DNA of 27,943 nt, from IMG/VR virus record IMGVR_UViG_3300020724_000022, positions 1 to 27,943 of that record. One strand, written 5' to 3'. Within the stretch, counting starts at the first letter, position 1. Each line of letters opens with the position of its first letter. Source of the DNA: a virus (Duplodnaviria; Caudoviricetes). Position numbers and translations under genes: made by a program. Below are positions 1-8,603 of this stretch, in pieces. Below the pieces are notes generated by a model. That model worked only from the letters and a program-made list of their open reading frames with translations. It did no database searches and was not told where the DNA came from.

Positions 1-1
1 G

Positions 2-208
2 TTAGAAGCTAAATTTGAAGCAAAAGAAGCTAAATCTTCTAAAGCCGAAAAAGTCAGGGAAACTGTTTCAAGTAGTAAAGCACCTGAACCGATCAAGCCG
101 TTAAGCGGTGGCAAAGTTGGCAAAGATGTGATGATAGACACCAATGGTGAATTTCATGGCACTTATGCTCAATGGAAAGCTGCAAGACAGGCTGGAAAAG
201 TCAGATAA
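2..208 (+). CDS. C-terminal part of capsid scaffolding protein (5' truncated by window)
   Basis: Open frame 2 from window start: LEAKFEAKEAKSS...KAPEPIKPLSGG...GTYAQWKAARQAGKVR*. Lies directly upstream of the coat gene; charged, with a Pro-rich segment and basic C-terminal helix as in P22-type scaffolds. Not in ORF track. Confidence 0.7.
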   Translation, partial: LEAKFEAKEAKSSKAEKVRETVSSSKAPEPIKPLSGGKVGKDVMIDTNGEFHGTYAQWKAARQAGKVR

Positions 209-232
209 ACCTAATTTTTTTGGAGAATTAAA

Positions 233-1507
233 ATGGCAAATACCTTGCTAACTATCAGCAAGATCACTAACGAAGCGTTAATGGTCTTGGAAAACGAATT
301 AACATTTACATCTGAAGTAGATCGTAACTATGATGACCAATTTGCCGTTGTTGGCGCAAAAATTGGCGCAACAGTTAACGTACGCAGACCAGGCCGTTTC
401 ATCGGTACAACTGGCCCAGCTTTAAACGTTGAGGACTTGAACGAAACTTCAGTTCCTGTTACTTTAAGCACCCAGTTCCACGTTGACACTCAGTTCACAA
501 CTCAAGACTTAGCTTTGTCCCTGGATGCTTTTTCGGATAGAATTCTGAAACCTGCGGTGGCAGCTATTGCCAATAGAATCGACTTTGACGGCACAACTAC
601 AGCAGCTTTGAACACAGCTAACATCGTTGGTACTGCAGGTACTCCTCCAACAGGTCTATACACTTACTTGTCAGCACAAGCGTATCTTGACTCTGAAGGC
701 GCACCTCGTGATGGTCGTAGATCATGTATCGTTGAGCCATTTACATCTGCAACTATTGTTGACAGCTTGAAAGGTTTATTTGTTCCTACTGAAGCGATCT
801 CTAGCCAATATACAAAAGGTTTGATGGGTCGTGACTCTGGCGGTATGAACTGGAAGCTTGACCAAAACATCGTGTCACAAACTTTTGGTAACTTCTCTAG
901 CTCTACTGTTACTGCTTCTGTAGCTACTACAACTGCTACTGGTTTCTTGACTTCTGGTTGGGCTTCACAATCCACAATCACTTTGACTGCTGCTAACACA
1001 GGCACAATCAACTTAAATGCTGGTGATACATTCCAAATTGCTGGTGTGTATGCAGTAAACCCACAAAATCGTCAAGCTTATGGCACAAACAAACTGCGCT
1101 CATTCGTAGTTAAGTCTGCTGTTTCTGTGGCTTCTGGTTCTTCTGTTTCTGTAACTGTTTCTCCTGCTGTTATTAGCGGTGGTCAGTTCCAGAATGTGAG
1201 CATCCCTAACCCATCAGCAACTGCTGCTGTGACATTCTTTGCATCACAATACAATGCAAGTGGTTTTGGTCTAGTATCACCACAAAACATCGTAATGCAT
1301 CGCAATGCGTTCACAATGGCTATGGCTGACCTTGAGTTGCCTGAAGGTGTTCATTTCGCTGGTCGTGCATCAGACAAAGAAATCGGTCTGTCAATGCGAG
1401 TCGTTAGGCAGTACACCATAAATAACGATAGTATTCCAACTCGTGTTGACGTTCTGTATGGTTGGGCTCCTCTCTATCCTGAACTCGCTTGCCGAGTTGC
1501 AGCTTAA
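233..1507 (+). CDS. Major capsid protein, P22 gp5 coat family
   Basis: 424 aa; MANTLLT..ITNEALMVLENEL start, KIGATVNVRRP, beta-rich insertion domain, C-terminal RVDVLYGWAPLYPELACRV; GGAG RBS upstream. Confidence 0.95.
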   Translation: MANTLLTISKITNEALMVLENELTFTSEVDRNYDDQFAVVGAKIGATVNVRRPGRFIGTTGPALNVEDLNETSVPVTLSTQFHVDTQFTTQDLALSLDAFSDRILKPAVAAIANRIDFDGTTTAALNTANIVGTAGTPPTGLYTYLSAQAYLDSEGAPRDGRRSCIVEPFTSATIVDSLKGLFVPTEAISSQYTKGLMGRDSGGMNWKLDQNIVSQTFGNFSSSTVTASVATTTATGFLTSGWASQSTITLTAANTGTINLNAGDTFQIAGVYAVNPQNRQAYGTNKLRSFVVKSAVSVASGSSVSVTVSPAVISGGQFQNVSIPNPSATAAVTFFASQYNASGFGLVSPQNIVMHRNAFTMAMADLELPEGVHFAGRASDKEIGLSMRVVRQYTINNDSIPTRVDVLYGWAPLYPELACRVAA

Positions 1508-1536
1508 TAACTAACGGATAACGAAAGGAAACTATT

Positions 1537-1977
1537 ATGTCTAATCCAGGACCAGCAGTAACTAATTCAGCCCATCCCTCGAATGTAACGACTGACCAAG
1601 CATTACGCTTGTTAGCCGTTGTTAAAGGGATTAATGCTAACTCTGTAGCATCTACCGCAATTCCAGTTAATAACACAAATAACTACTTGCCAACTTCCAT
1701 TATTTTCACTAATGCGAACAACGCAGGTGCAGTAGCTAACCTTAGCTCTGCTGTTATTTCTGTTTATACTGCTCCAGGTGGTGCAAGCGGAAGTGGTACT
1801 GAAGTTTTTGCTCTTACTACTTTGACCAACAACACAGCTTTGCTAGGCACTACAGTAGCTACAGCTTATGAAAGCACTTTAGCTTTCTCAGCTCAAACTT
1901 TGTATGCTTATGTTGGTACGGCAGCAGGCGCAGTCGGTACTGTAGATGCCTACATCTATGGTTACGACTTTAGCTAA
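1537..1977 (+). CDS. Virion structural protein, probable capsid decoration protein
   Basis: 146 aa Ala/Thr/Asn-rich beta-type sequence ending DAYIYGYDFS; AAGGA RBS; sits between the coat gene and a terminator, so likely co-expressed at high level. Confidence 0.6.
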   Translation: MSNPGPAVTNSAHPSNVTTDQALRLLAVVKGINANSVASTAIPVNNTNNYLPTSIIFTNANNAGAVANLSSAVISVYTAPGGASGSGTEVFALTTLTNNTALLGTTVATAYESTLAFSAQTLYAYVGTAAGAVGTVDAYIYGYDFS

Positions 1978-1996
1978 AAACTAATGAAGTAAAGGG

Positions 1997-2030
1997 AAAA
2001 GCCATGCTCAAAAGGTATGGCTTTTTTTCT
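1997..2030 (+). terminator. Rho-independent terminator after coat/decoration genes
   Basis: AAAAGCCATGCT-CAAAA-GGTATGGCTTTTTTT: stem with G-U pairs followed by a T7 run. Confidence 0.8.
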
Positions 2031-2072
2031 TATATACCCTATAATTGATTTACCTTATTCAAAGGAAAAAAT

Positions 2073-2396
2073 ATGTCTAAAACTACTATTGTGCGTGGCA
2101 ATATCATTGCTCACAGCATCGTACAAGCAGCACTTCCATCTACCACTATTTCAGGAACAAGCACAGAAGTTACTTTTACTGTTCCAGGCGTTCAGCCAAC
2201 TGATGTAGTTGTAGCGACTTTTGATGGTACTTTGGTAACTGGTATCAGCATTGGTAATGCTTACACCAATACAGCTAATCAAGTTATTGTTCGATTAATT
2301 AACTCTACTGGTTCTTCAGCAACTCAAACTGCTGGTACTTTGTTAATTCAAGTTTTGTCTTGCGAAGATAGTCCAATTTCTACTAGCGTAGCTTAA
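2073..2396 (+). CDS. Small virion structural protein
   Basis: 107 aa Thr/Ser/Val-rich (FTVPGVQPTDVVV); AAGGA RBS; inside structural operon. Confidence 0.6.
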   Translation: MSKTTIVRGNIIAHSIVQAALPSTTISGTSTEVTFTVPGVQPTDVVVATFDGTLVTGISIGNAYTNTANQVIVRLINSTGSSATQTAGTLLIQVLSCEDSPISTSVA

Positions 2397-2405
2397 GGAT
2401 AAATC

Positions 2406-2744
2406 ATGGCATATAACTCAGCGTTTTCCCCTTTTGGGCCAACATACTTGGTTGGTAGCTTGGCTGCTGTTCAAGTAAAGTCTAGCAACAATGTATACCC
2501 TTCAGGTTATCGAATTGTAAACATTACTGCTAGTGCTATTCGAGTATCTTGGCAGCCACAAGAGCCTAATGATGGGACTTCAACTCCTGTTGTTACAGCT
2601 CCTGCTTTGACTGTTCCTTCTTACAATACGTTTTATATTCCTGCCAATGGTGTGCAAGTATTTAGCGGTATTCCTCCTAATGCTTGGTTTTTATCTAGCG
2701 CAGCTTCTAGTGCAGAAATTACACCTGGTGAAGGGATTGCATAA
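2406..2744 (+). CDS. Small virion structural protein
   Basis: 112 aa, AAGGA RBS, ends EITPGEGIA, TAATG overlap with next gene. Confidence 0.6.
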   Translation: MAYNSAFSPFGPTYLVGSLAAVQVKSSNNVYPSGYRIVNITASAIRVSWQPQEPNDGTSTPVVTAPALTVPSYNTFYIPANGVQVFSGIPPNAWFLSSAASSAEITPGEGIA

Positions 2745-3232
2745 TGAGTTCAAATCAAGTAGCTTCTACAGTTACAGTTCAAACAGTTCCTGTTCAAGCA
2801 CAATTTAATTCTTCTGGTGTTTGTTTAGGTTTAGTTGGCCCTGGTGGAGCTTTCTTTAGTCCTCCATTAACAGGGGATACTATTAATCCTGCTGTATTTC
2901 AGATGGGTGGAAATACAATAGCAACTTCTGTTTCTTTGCCTACTATTGGTAGTGGATTTGGTACAAGTCCTACTATTAGCGCATCAAATACAATGGCTTT
3001 TAAAGTTGTAGTTGGTACTGGTGGCGCAGCTTCAGGATCAATTACCTTACCAACTGCTGTAACTGGTTGGATGGGTTTTGCTGCTGATGTAACAAGCGGT
3101 ACTGCTCTATTTTTACAACTAACAGCAAGTTCAGCAACATCAGTAACATTTACAAGCTATTCCATTACAAGTGGTTTAGCTCAAAATATGTCTGCTGGGG
3201 ATGTAATTTTAATAAATTGTTTTGCTTATTAA
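2744..3232 (+). CDS. Virion structural / fibre-associated protein
   Basis: 162 aa Ser/Thr/Gly-rich, translationally coupled to previous gene. Confidence 0.6.
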   Translation: MSSNQVASTVTVQTVPVQAQFNSSGVCLGLVGPGGAFFSPPLTGDTINPAVFQMGGNTIATSVSLPTIGSGFGTSPTISASNTMAFKVVVGTGGAASGSITLPTAVTGWMGFAADVTSGTALFLQLTASSATSVTFTSYSITSGLAQNMSAGDVILINCFAY

Positions 3233-3241
3233 AGGCAATAT

Positions 3242-5383
3242 ATGGCTGGCCCTTCTTCAACAGTAGATCAAAACCTACTGCCAGTTCAGGCTTATTTTGA
3301 TGTTTATGGCAATTTTCAAACATTTATAGGTCAGGGCCAACCCTTTTATGCAACAGTTAATCCTGTTCAATCAGGGTTAACCATTACCAGTAGCACTATT
3401 AACAGCACCACAATCGGTGCTTTAGTGCCTTCTACTGGGGTTTTTACTAATATTTCTACAGCTACAGGACAGATTTCAACTTCTCCTTCTGCTGCTACAG
3501 ATATTGTAAATAAGCTGTATGTTGATACAGTAGCCCAAGGATTAAATCCTAAAGCTGCCTGTAAAGTAGGCACTTTGACAAATATTACTTTGTCAGGATT
3601 GCAAACGATTGATGGATATTCTGTTTTATCTGGCAATCGAGTTCTTGTAAAAAATCAAGGAACACCATCTGAAAACGGCATTTATATAGCCTCTGCAAGC
3701 GCATGGACTAGAGCAGTTGACATGGATGTATGGGCAGAAGTGCCAGGGGCTTACACAGTCGTTTTAAACGGCTCACAAGCCAATACTGCATGGGTATCTA
3801 CTTCTGCTGATACAGGAACTATTGGAGTTACTCCAATTACCTTTGTTCAGTTCTCAGGAGTTTTTACTTATTACGCTGGCACAGGGTTAACCCTTGCTTC
3901 TAATACTTTTAGCATTACTCCTGTAGGCACAGCAAACACCTATGGATCTGCAAGCGCAGTTCCTGTATTTACAACTAATGCAAGCGGTCAAGTCACTAGC
4001 GTTACTAATACCACTATTGCTATTGCCAATACGCAAGTTAGTGGTCTTGGCACAATGTCAACTCAAAATGCCAATGCAGTAGCTATTACAGGCGGTTCTA
4101 TTGATGGAACTACAGTAGGCGCAACAACAGCAACGACTGTAAGAGGCACAACAATTACTGCGACAACGCAGTTTAGTGGCCCTGGAACAGGATTAACTGG
4201 CACAGCAACTAGCTTAAATATTGGTGGAAATGCTGCAACTGCGACAAGCGCAGGAAGCGTAACTAATAGCCTTACTTTTAACAATAGCGGTACAGGCGGT
4301 GCTTCAGGATCTACTTTTAATGGTGGATCTACTTTAACTGTTTCCTACAACACTATTGGCGCACCTAAAGCCGATGGAACAGGCGCATCTGGCACTTGGG
4401 GTATCAATATCTCAGGAAATGCTGCAACTGTAACCAATGGCGTATATACAACTGGAAGCTATTCAAATCCTTCTTGGATTACCTCAATTCTAGGATCTAT
4501 TGTTAGTGGCGCAGTCGCTTCAGCTACTTTGGCTGCAAGTGCTACAAATATTGCTGGTGGAGCTGCTGGCTCATTGCCTTATCAATCTGCTTCAGGAACG
4601 ACTACATTTTTAGCTTTAGGCACTACAAACTATGTATTGACGGCTGGCGCATCTGCTCCTCAATATGTAGCTCAATCGACTTTATCGGTAGGATCTGCCA
4701 CAACAGCGACAACTGCGACTAATTTGGCTGGTGGATTGGCTTATCAAATTGCTTATCAAACAGGCGCAGGAGCAACTTCATTTATTACTGCTCCTACAAA
4801 TAACACAGTTTTAAGCTATACAACTGGCGGTGGCTTTGCGTGGACTACTCCAACTTCCTATGCGACTGTAACCGATGACACCACTACAAATGCAACTCGT
4901 TATCCTTTGTTCGCTAATCAAACAACTGGAAACCTTACAACAGAATATACAAGCTCTACTAAATACCAGTTCAATCCTTCTACTGGCCTTCTTACAGCCA
5001 CAGGATTTAGCGGATCAGGCGCAAACTTAACTTCTTTGCCAGCAGGACAGCTTTCAGGAACTATTCCTAGTGGAGTTTTAGGCAATTCAACTTTATATAT
5101 TGGCACTACTGCCGTAGTTTTGAACGCTGCAAGCGGATCAATTACTTCTTTAGCGGTAAATATTAGCGGTTCTGCTGCAAGCGCAACAACAGCTACAACT
5201 GCTACAAATGCAAATAACGTAGCTATTACTGATGACACTTCTACAGCAGCAACTTTTTATCCAACAATCGTAAGTAGTTCTACAGGAAATTTGCCTGTTA
5301 AAACTTCTTCCACTAAACTTCAATTTAACCCATCGACAGGAGTTCTTACTTCTACTGGCGGTATGGGTGGAGGAGCTTTCTAG
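3242..5383 (+). CDS. Long fibre protein (tail or head fibre)
   Basis: 713 aa, very Thr/Ser/Gly/Ala-rich; contains the common fibre module NKLYVD...LSGLQTIDG...RVLVKNQ...ENGIY...WTRAVD and internal repeats. Confidence 0.8.
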   Translation: MAGPSSTVDQNLLPVQAYFDVYGNFQTFIGQGQPFYATVNPVQSGLTITSSTINSTTIGALVPSTGVFTNISTATGQISTSPSAATDIVNKLYVDTVAQGLNPKAACKVGTLTNITLSGLQTIDGYSVLSGNRVLVKNQGTPSENGIYIASASAWTRAVDMDVWAEVPGAYTVVLNGSQANTAWVSTSADTGTIGVTPITFVQFSGVFTYYAGTGLTLASNTFSITPVGTANTYGSASAVPVFTTNASGQVTSVTNTTIAIANTQVSGLGTMSTQNANAVAITGGSIDGTTVGATTATTVRGTTITATTQFSGPGTGLTGTATSLNIGGNAATATSAGSVTNSLTFNNSGTGGASGSTFNGGSTLTVSYNTIGAPKADGTGASGTWGINISGNAATVTNGVYTTGSYSNPSWITSILGSIVSGAVASATLAASATNIAGGAAGSLPYQSASGTTTFLALGTTNYVLTAGASAPQYVAQSTLSVGSATTATTATNLAGGLAYQIAYQTGAGATSFITAPTNNTVLSYTTGGGFAWTTPTSYATVTDDTTTNATRYPLFANQTTGNLTTEYTSSTKYQFNPSTGLLTATGFSGSGANLTSLPAGQLSGTIPSGVLGNSTLYIGTTAVVLNAASGSITSLAVNISGSAASATTATTATNANNVAITDDTSTAATFYPTIVSSSTGNLPVKTSSTKLQFNPSTGVLTSTGGMGGGAF

Positions 5384-6559
5384 ATGGCGCAAACAGGATT
5401 TACCCCCTTACTAATATATTCAAGCTCAACGGCTACTAATGCGCCTACGGCTGGAAATCTATTAAATAACGCCACAGGCTCTGAATTAGCTATCAATATT
5501 GCTGATGGAAAGCTTTTCTATAAAGATTCTGGTGGTTCTGTTCAAGTAATAGCTTGGAAAACTACTCCTACAACTGCTGGCGGTACTGGCCTTACTAGCT
5601 ATACGGCTGGTGATTTGCCTTATTACGCATCAGGAACGGCTTTTACTAAGCTTGGAATTGGCACTAGCGGTTACTTTTTAACCTCTAGCGGTTCTGCGCC
5701 TCAATGGACTGATCCTACAACTCTTGCTGTTACTAGCATTAGCTTTGGAACTACTGGCTTAACTCCTTCTACAGCCACAAAAGGTGCTGTAACTGTTGCA
5801 GGAACTCTTGTAGTGGGAAATGGCGGTACAGGATTAACTAGCCTTACTGCTGGATATATACCTTATGGAAATGGAACAAGCGCATTTAACTCTAGTTCTA
5901 CACTAACATATAACGGAACAACTTTATCTGCTGGTAATTTTGTTCCTTCTAGCTCTAGTATTCCATCAAATGGCATATATTTACCATCAACAAATTCTTT
6001 AGGGTTTTCAACAAACAGCACTTTAGCTGCAACAATATTTTCTTCAGGCGGTGTTTCCATTGGTAACACTACAGACCCAGGCGCAGGTAATTTATCTGTA
6101 ACTGGGGAAATTTATTGCGCTAAAGGCATTGGTTCTACGCAATCATTTTCGGCTTATCAAAGCACTACCCAAACTATAGCGAATGGAACAAGCACAAAAG
6201 TTCAATTTCAAACAAAAGAATGGGACACCGCAAGTAAATTTGATGCGACTACTAATTATAGATTTAGTCCTACCATATCTGGATATTATCAAGTTAATGC
6301 TTGCGTAGGATTTTCTGGAGATGCAAATGCAGGTGCTGTTTTAGCTATTATATTTGCAAATGGTAGTCCAGTAAAATCAGGAACATATACTAGCGGTAAT
6401 GCTTTTATCGGAGCGCAAACTAATGTTTCAACTTTAATTTATTTAACTTCTGGTGATTACATTGAAGTTTATGCTTATCAAGGTTCTTTTGCCAATCAAA
6501 ATACAACTAACGCAGCATCATCAACTTATTTTCAAGCTGCATTAGTAAGAGGAGTATAA
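5384..6559 (+). CDS. Fibre / receptor-binding protein with C-terminal C1q-like domain
   Basis: 391 aa; N-terminal ELAINIADGKLFYKD attachment-type motif, two GGTGLTS repeats, C-terminal FSAY...FDATTNYRFSPTISGYYQVNA...LTSGDYIEVYAYQ typical of C1q/TNF-like jelly rolls. Confidence 0.75.
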   Translation: MAQTGFTPLLIYSSSTATNAPTAGNLLNNATGSELAINIADGKLFYKDSGGSVQVIAWKTTPTTAGGTGLTSYTAGDLPYYASGTAFTKLGIGTSGYFLTSSGSAPQWTDPTTLAVTSISFGTTGLTPSTATKGAVTVAGTLVVGNGGTGLTSLTAGYIPYGNGTSAFNSSSTLTYNGTTLSAGNFVPSSSSIPSNGIYLPSTNSLGFSTNSTLAATIFSSGGVSIGNTTDPGAGNLSVTGEIYCAKGIGSTQSFSAYQSTTQTIANGTSTKVQFQTKEWDTASKFDATTNYRFSPTISGYYQVNACVGFSGDANAGAVLAIIFANGSPVKSGTYTSGNAFIGAQTNVSTLIYLTSGDYIEVYAYQGSFANQNTTNAASSTYFQAALVRGV

Positions 6560-6560
6560 A

Positions 6561-6740
6561 ATGACTTTATATGACAAAATAATTTTAATTTATCCTGAAT
6601 TAACAATTAAAGATTTTGCTCCTTTTACTGGAACAATTCTTCTTCAAAATGATTCTGATGGAAAAGGCGATTACATTAAATCTTGGAAAAATTCCAATCC
6701 ACAACCAACTCAAGAACAGCTTGATGCTATTACAGGATAA
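6561..6740 (+). CDS. XkdW/YorD-like small fibre-associated protein (probable chaperone)
   Basis: Not in ORF track. 59 aa MTLYDKIILIYPELTIKDFAPFTGTILLQNDSDGKGDYIKSWKNSNPQPTQEQLDAITG; GAGGAG RBS; fills the gap between two RBP genes; LQNDSDGKG.YI..W...PQPT.EQL is the XkdW-like signature. Confidence 0.8.
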   Translation: MTLYDKIILIYPELTIKDFAPFTGTILLQNDSDGKGDYIKSWKNSNPQPTQEQLDAITG

Positions 6741-6743
6741 ATT

Positions 6744-8282
6744 ATGACAACATTAGTGCCAAAAATTGATTTTAAAAATGGTGGAACAAATCCAGCAGGA
6801 GCTATTAATAGAACTAGCTCTGCAAAAATGCAGGATATTGTTTCTGTAAAAGATTATGGAGCTGTAGGTGATGGAACAACAGACGATACAGCAGCTTTTA
6901 ATAATGCTATTTTGGCTTTAGCTTTAGGTGGCGGTGGTATTCTTATTTGCCCTACAGCTAACTACAAAATTGCTGGAACTATTCTTTTGCCAGGTTTCGT
7001 TCGTATTGACCTATGTAACTCTACTTTAACTGGCTCTGGTTTTGGAAGCTCAACAGATTTATTGCAAACAGCATATTTAAACTCTGGTGCTTTAGTTTCC
7101 AATATTGGAACAACATTAGATACTAAGCTTGCCTACAACTGTAGTATTACAAATGGCATTATTCAAAACACAGGTATTGCACTTCATCTTCAAGATTTTA
7201 TTAACTGTTCTGAAGTATCTAATATTCGTTTTGTTGAATGTCAATACGCTATTTTTGGTACTGCTCTTTATTATTCTAGCTTTACAAATCTTAATTGTTA
7301 TGGAACAAGTACGGCATACACAACAGCTACAAACGCTGCATACTATTTTGGCGATGGAAATGGTTTAACTGGCACTTATATTAATATTTGTGAAATTAAC
7401 TCAATTACTGCTGGTGGCCGTATTCTTGGCATTGCTATTGGTGGAAGTGCTTATGCTTTAACATTTAAAAACTGTTCTGCTGAAGGATGTACAACAGGAT
7501 TTAAAATGCTTGGTGGTGAGGCAGCCCCTCTTAAATTTGATACTTGTTATTTTGAAGGTTGCAGTAGTATTGCGCTTGATTTTAATGAAACAACGTATGG
7601 TGAAAATGAAATAACTATTGATAATTGTTTTTTTAACTTTTGCGGTATTGGAGTTAAAGGAATTATTGGCAACAATGTAACTAGAGGAAACATTTTTCTA
7701 AATAACAATAATGAATTTAGAAATTGCACTACTAATTTTATTGAAACAGATGATTCTTATAGCACAGGAAAAACTTACATACCCCCAGTAGGCATAGCTA
7801 CAAATGGATTGCCTGTATATAACTCTCAATACACAGTAGGCGCAAAAACTACTTTAGATTATGACAACTTTATAACTTCTGGCGGTGGTATTGTTGCTAG
7901 AACTCATATTGGTCAGAATACTATTATTCCGTTTTATGCTGAAGGAGATTCTGGGCCAACCTCTATTGGCGGTGGTGTTATGTTTACCACTACAACTTTA
8001 TCAGGAGTATCAGCAACAGCCACTATAACTTTAAATACTAAAATTAAATTGCGTGAATTTAGTTCAATTTTAGCGTATAAAATTTATGTGTCTAATCCAA
8101 CTACAAGCGTTTCAACAGACTTGTATGGTTTTATTTTTGGGTCTAAAGTAGTTCAACATGATTCAAGTGGAAAATCTGTAACTGTAACTGCCGATGGGAA
8201 TGGGTATTATCAAGTAGTATTTAGCTCGTTTGATAACTCTGCTGGAACAACTCTTATTAGCGGTACTTTAAGGCATATTTAA
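6744..8282 (+). CDS. Tailspike-like beta-helix protein (pectate lyase superfamily, putative depolymerase)
   Basis: 512 aa; VSVKDYGAVGDGTTDDTAAFNNAI motif followed by beta-helix-like Asn/Cys ladder sequences (FDTCYFEGC, IDNCFFNFC). Confidence 0.85.
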   Translation: MTTLVPKIDFKNGGTNPAGAINRTSSAKMQDIVSVKDYGAVGDGTTDDTAAFNNAILALALGGGGILICPTANYKIAGTILLPGFVRIDLCNSTLTGSGFGSSTDLLQTAYLNSGALVSNIGTTLDTKLAYNCSITNGIIQNTGIALHLQDFINCSEVSNIRFVECQYAIFGTALYYSSFTNLNCYGTSTAYTTATNAAYYFGDGNGLTGTYINICEINSITAGGRILGIAIGGSAYALTFKNCSAEGCTTGFKMLGGEAAPLKFDTCYFEGCSSIALDFNETTYGENEITIDNCFFNFCGIGVKGIIGNNVTRGNIFLNNNNEFRNCTTNFIETDDSYSTGKTYIPPVGIATNGLPVYNSQYTVGAKTTLDYDNFITSGGGIVARTHIGQNTIIPFYAEGDSGPTSIGGGVMFTTTTLSGVSATATITLNTKIKLREFSSILAYKIYVSNPTTSVSTDLYGFIFGSKVVQHDSSGKSVTVTADGNGYYQVVFSSFDNSAGTTLISGTLRHI

Positions 8283-8283
8283 C

Positions 8284-8595
8284 ATGAATTATAAATGGTC
8301 AATTCTTGATATATCAGCCAGCAATGGTTTGATTACTCATGCAAAATACAAAGTCAGTCTTACTGATGAAGATAAAACTGTAGAAACTGAAGGTAATTGG
8401 TGGTTTAACGGCACAGAAGCTAAAGTGCCTTTTGATCAAGTTACAGAAGAAATGGTAGCTTCTTGGATTGAACAAGAAACTATGAAAGACGGAGTAAACC
8501 TTATAAAATCTAGGCTAGAAGAACAGTTAAATGAGCTAAATAAGCAAGATACTGTTATTGCGCCTTGGTTGCCTCAAGTCTTTACCCCTAATTAG
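8284..8595 (+). CDS. Conserved phage hypothetical protein, fibre-cluster associated
   Basis: 103 aa; Y.WSI...VPFDQVTEEMVASWI...APW pattern resembles small proteins that accompany fibre genes. Confidence 0.6.
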   Translation: MNYKWSILDISASNGLITHAKYKVSLTDEDKTVETEGNWWFNGTEAKVPFDQVTEEMVASWIEQETMKDGVNLIKSRLEEQLNELNKQDTVIAPWLPQVFTPN

Positions 8596-8603
8596 GAGCT
8601 TAT

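Noticed and set aside
2017-2208. 63 aa ORF overlapping the terminator and gene 2073
   Set aside because: Starts inside the terminator stem and overlaps a better gene with a clear RBS.
664-6069. Minus-strand ORFs 664-1011, 1404-1676, 3367-3636, 4063-4284, 4918-5238, 5150-5392, 5863-6069
   Set aside because: Antisense shadows of Thr/Ser/Ala/Gly-rich structural genes; Val/Pro/Ala-rich translations, no RBS, no operon context.
3242-8282. Diversity-generating retroelement acting on fibre tips
   Set aside because: No reverse transcriptase and no template/variable repeat pair differing at adenines seen; repeats are diverged protein modules.
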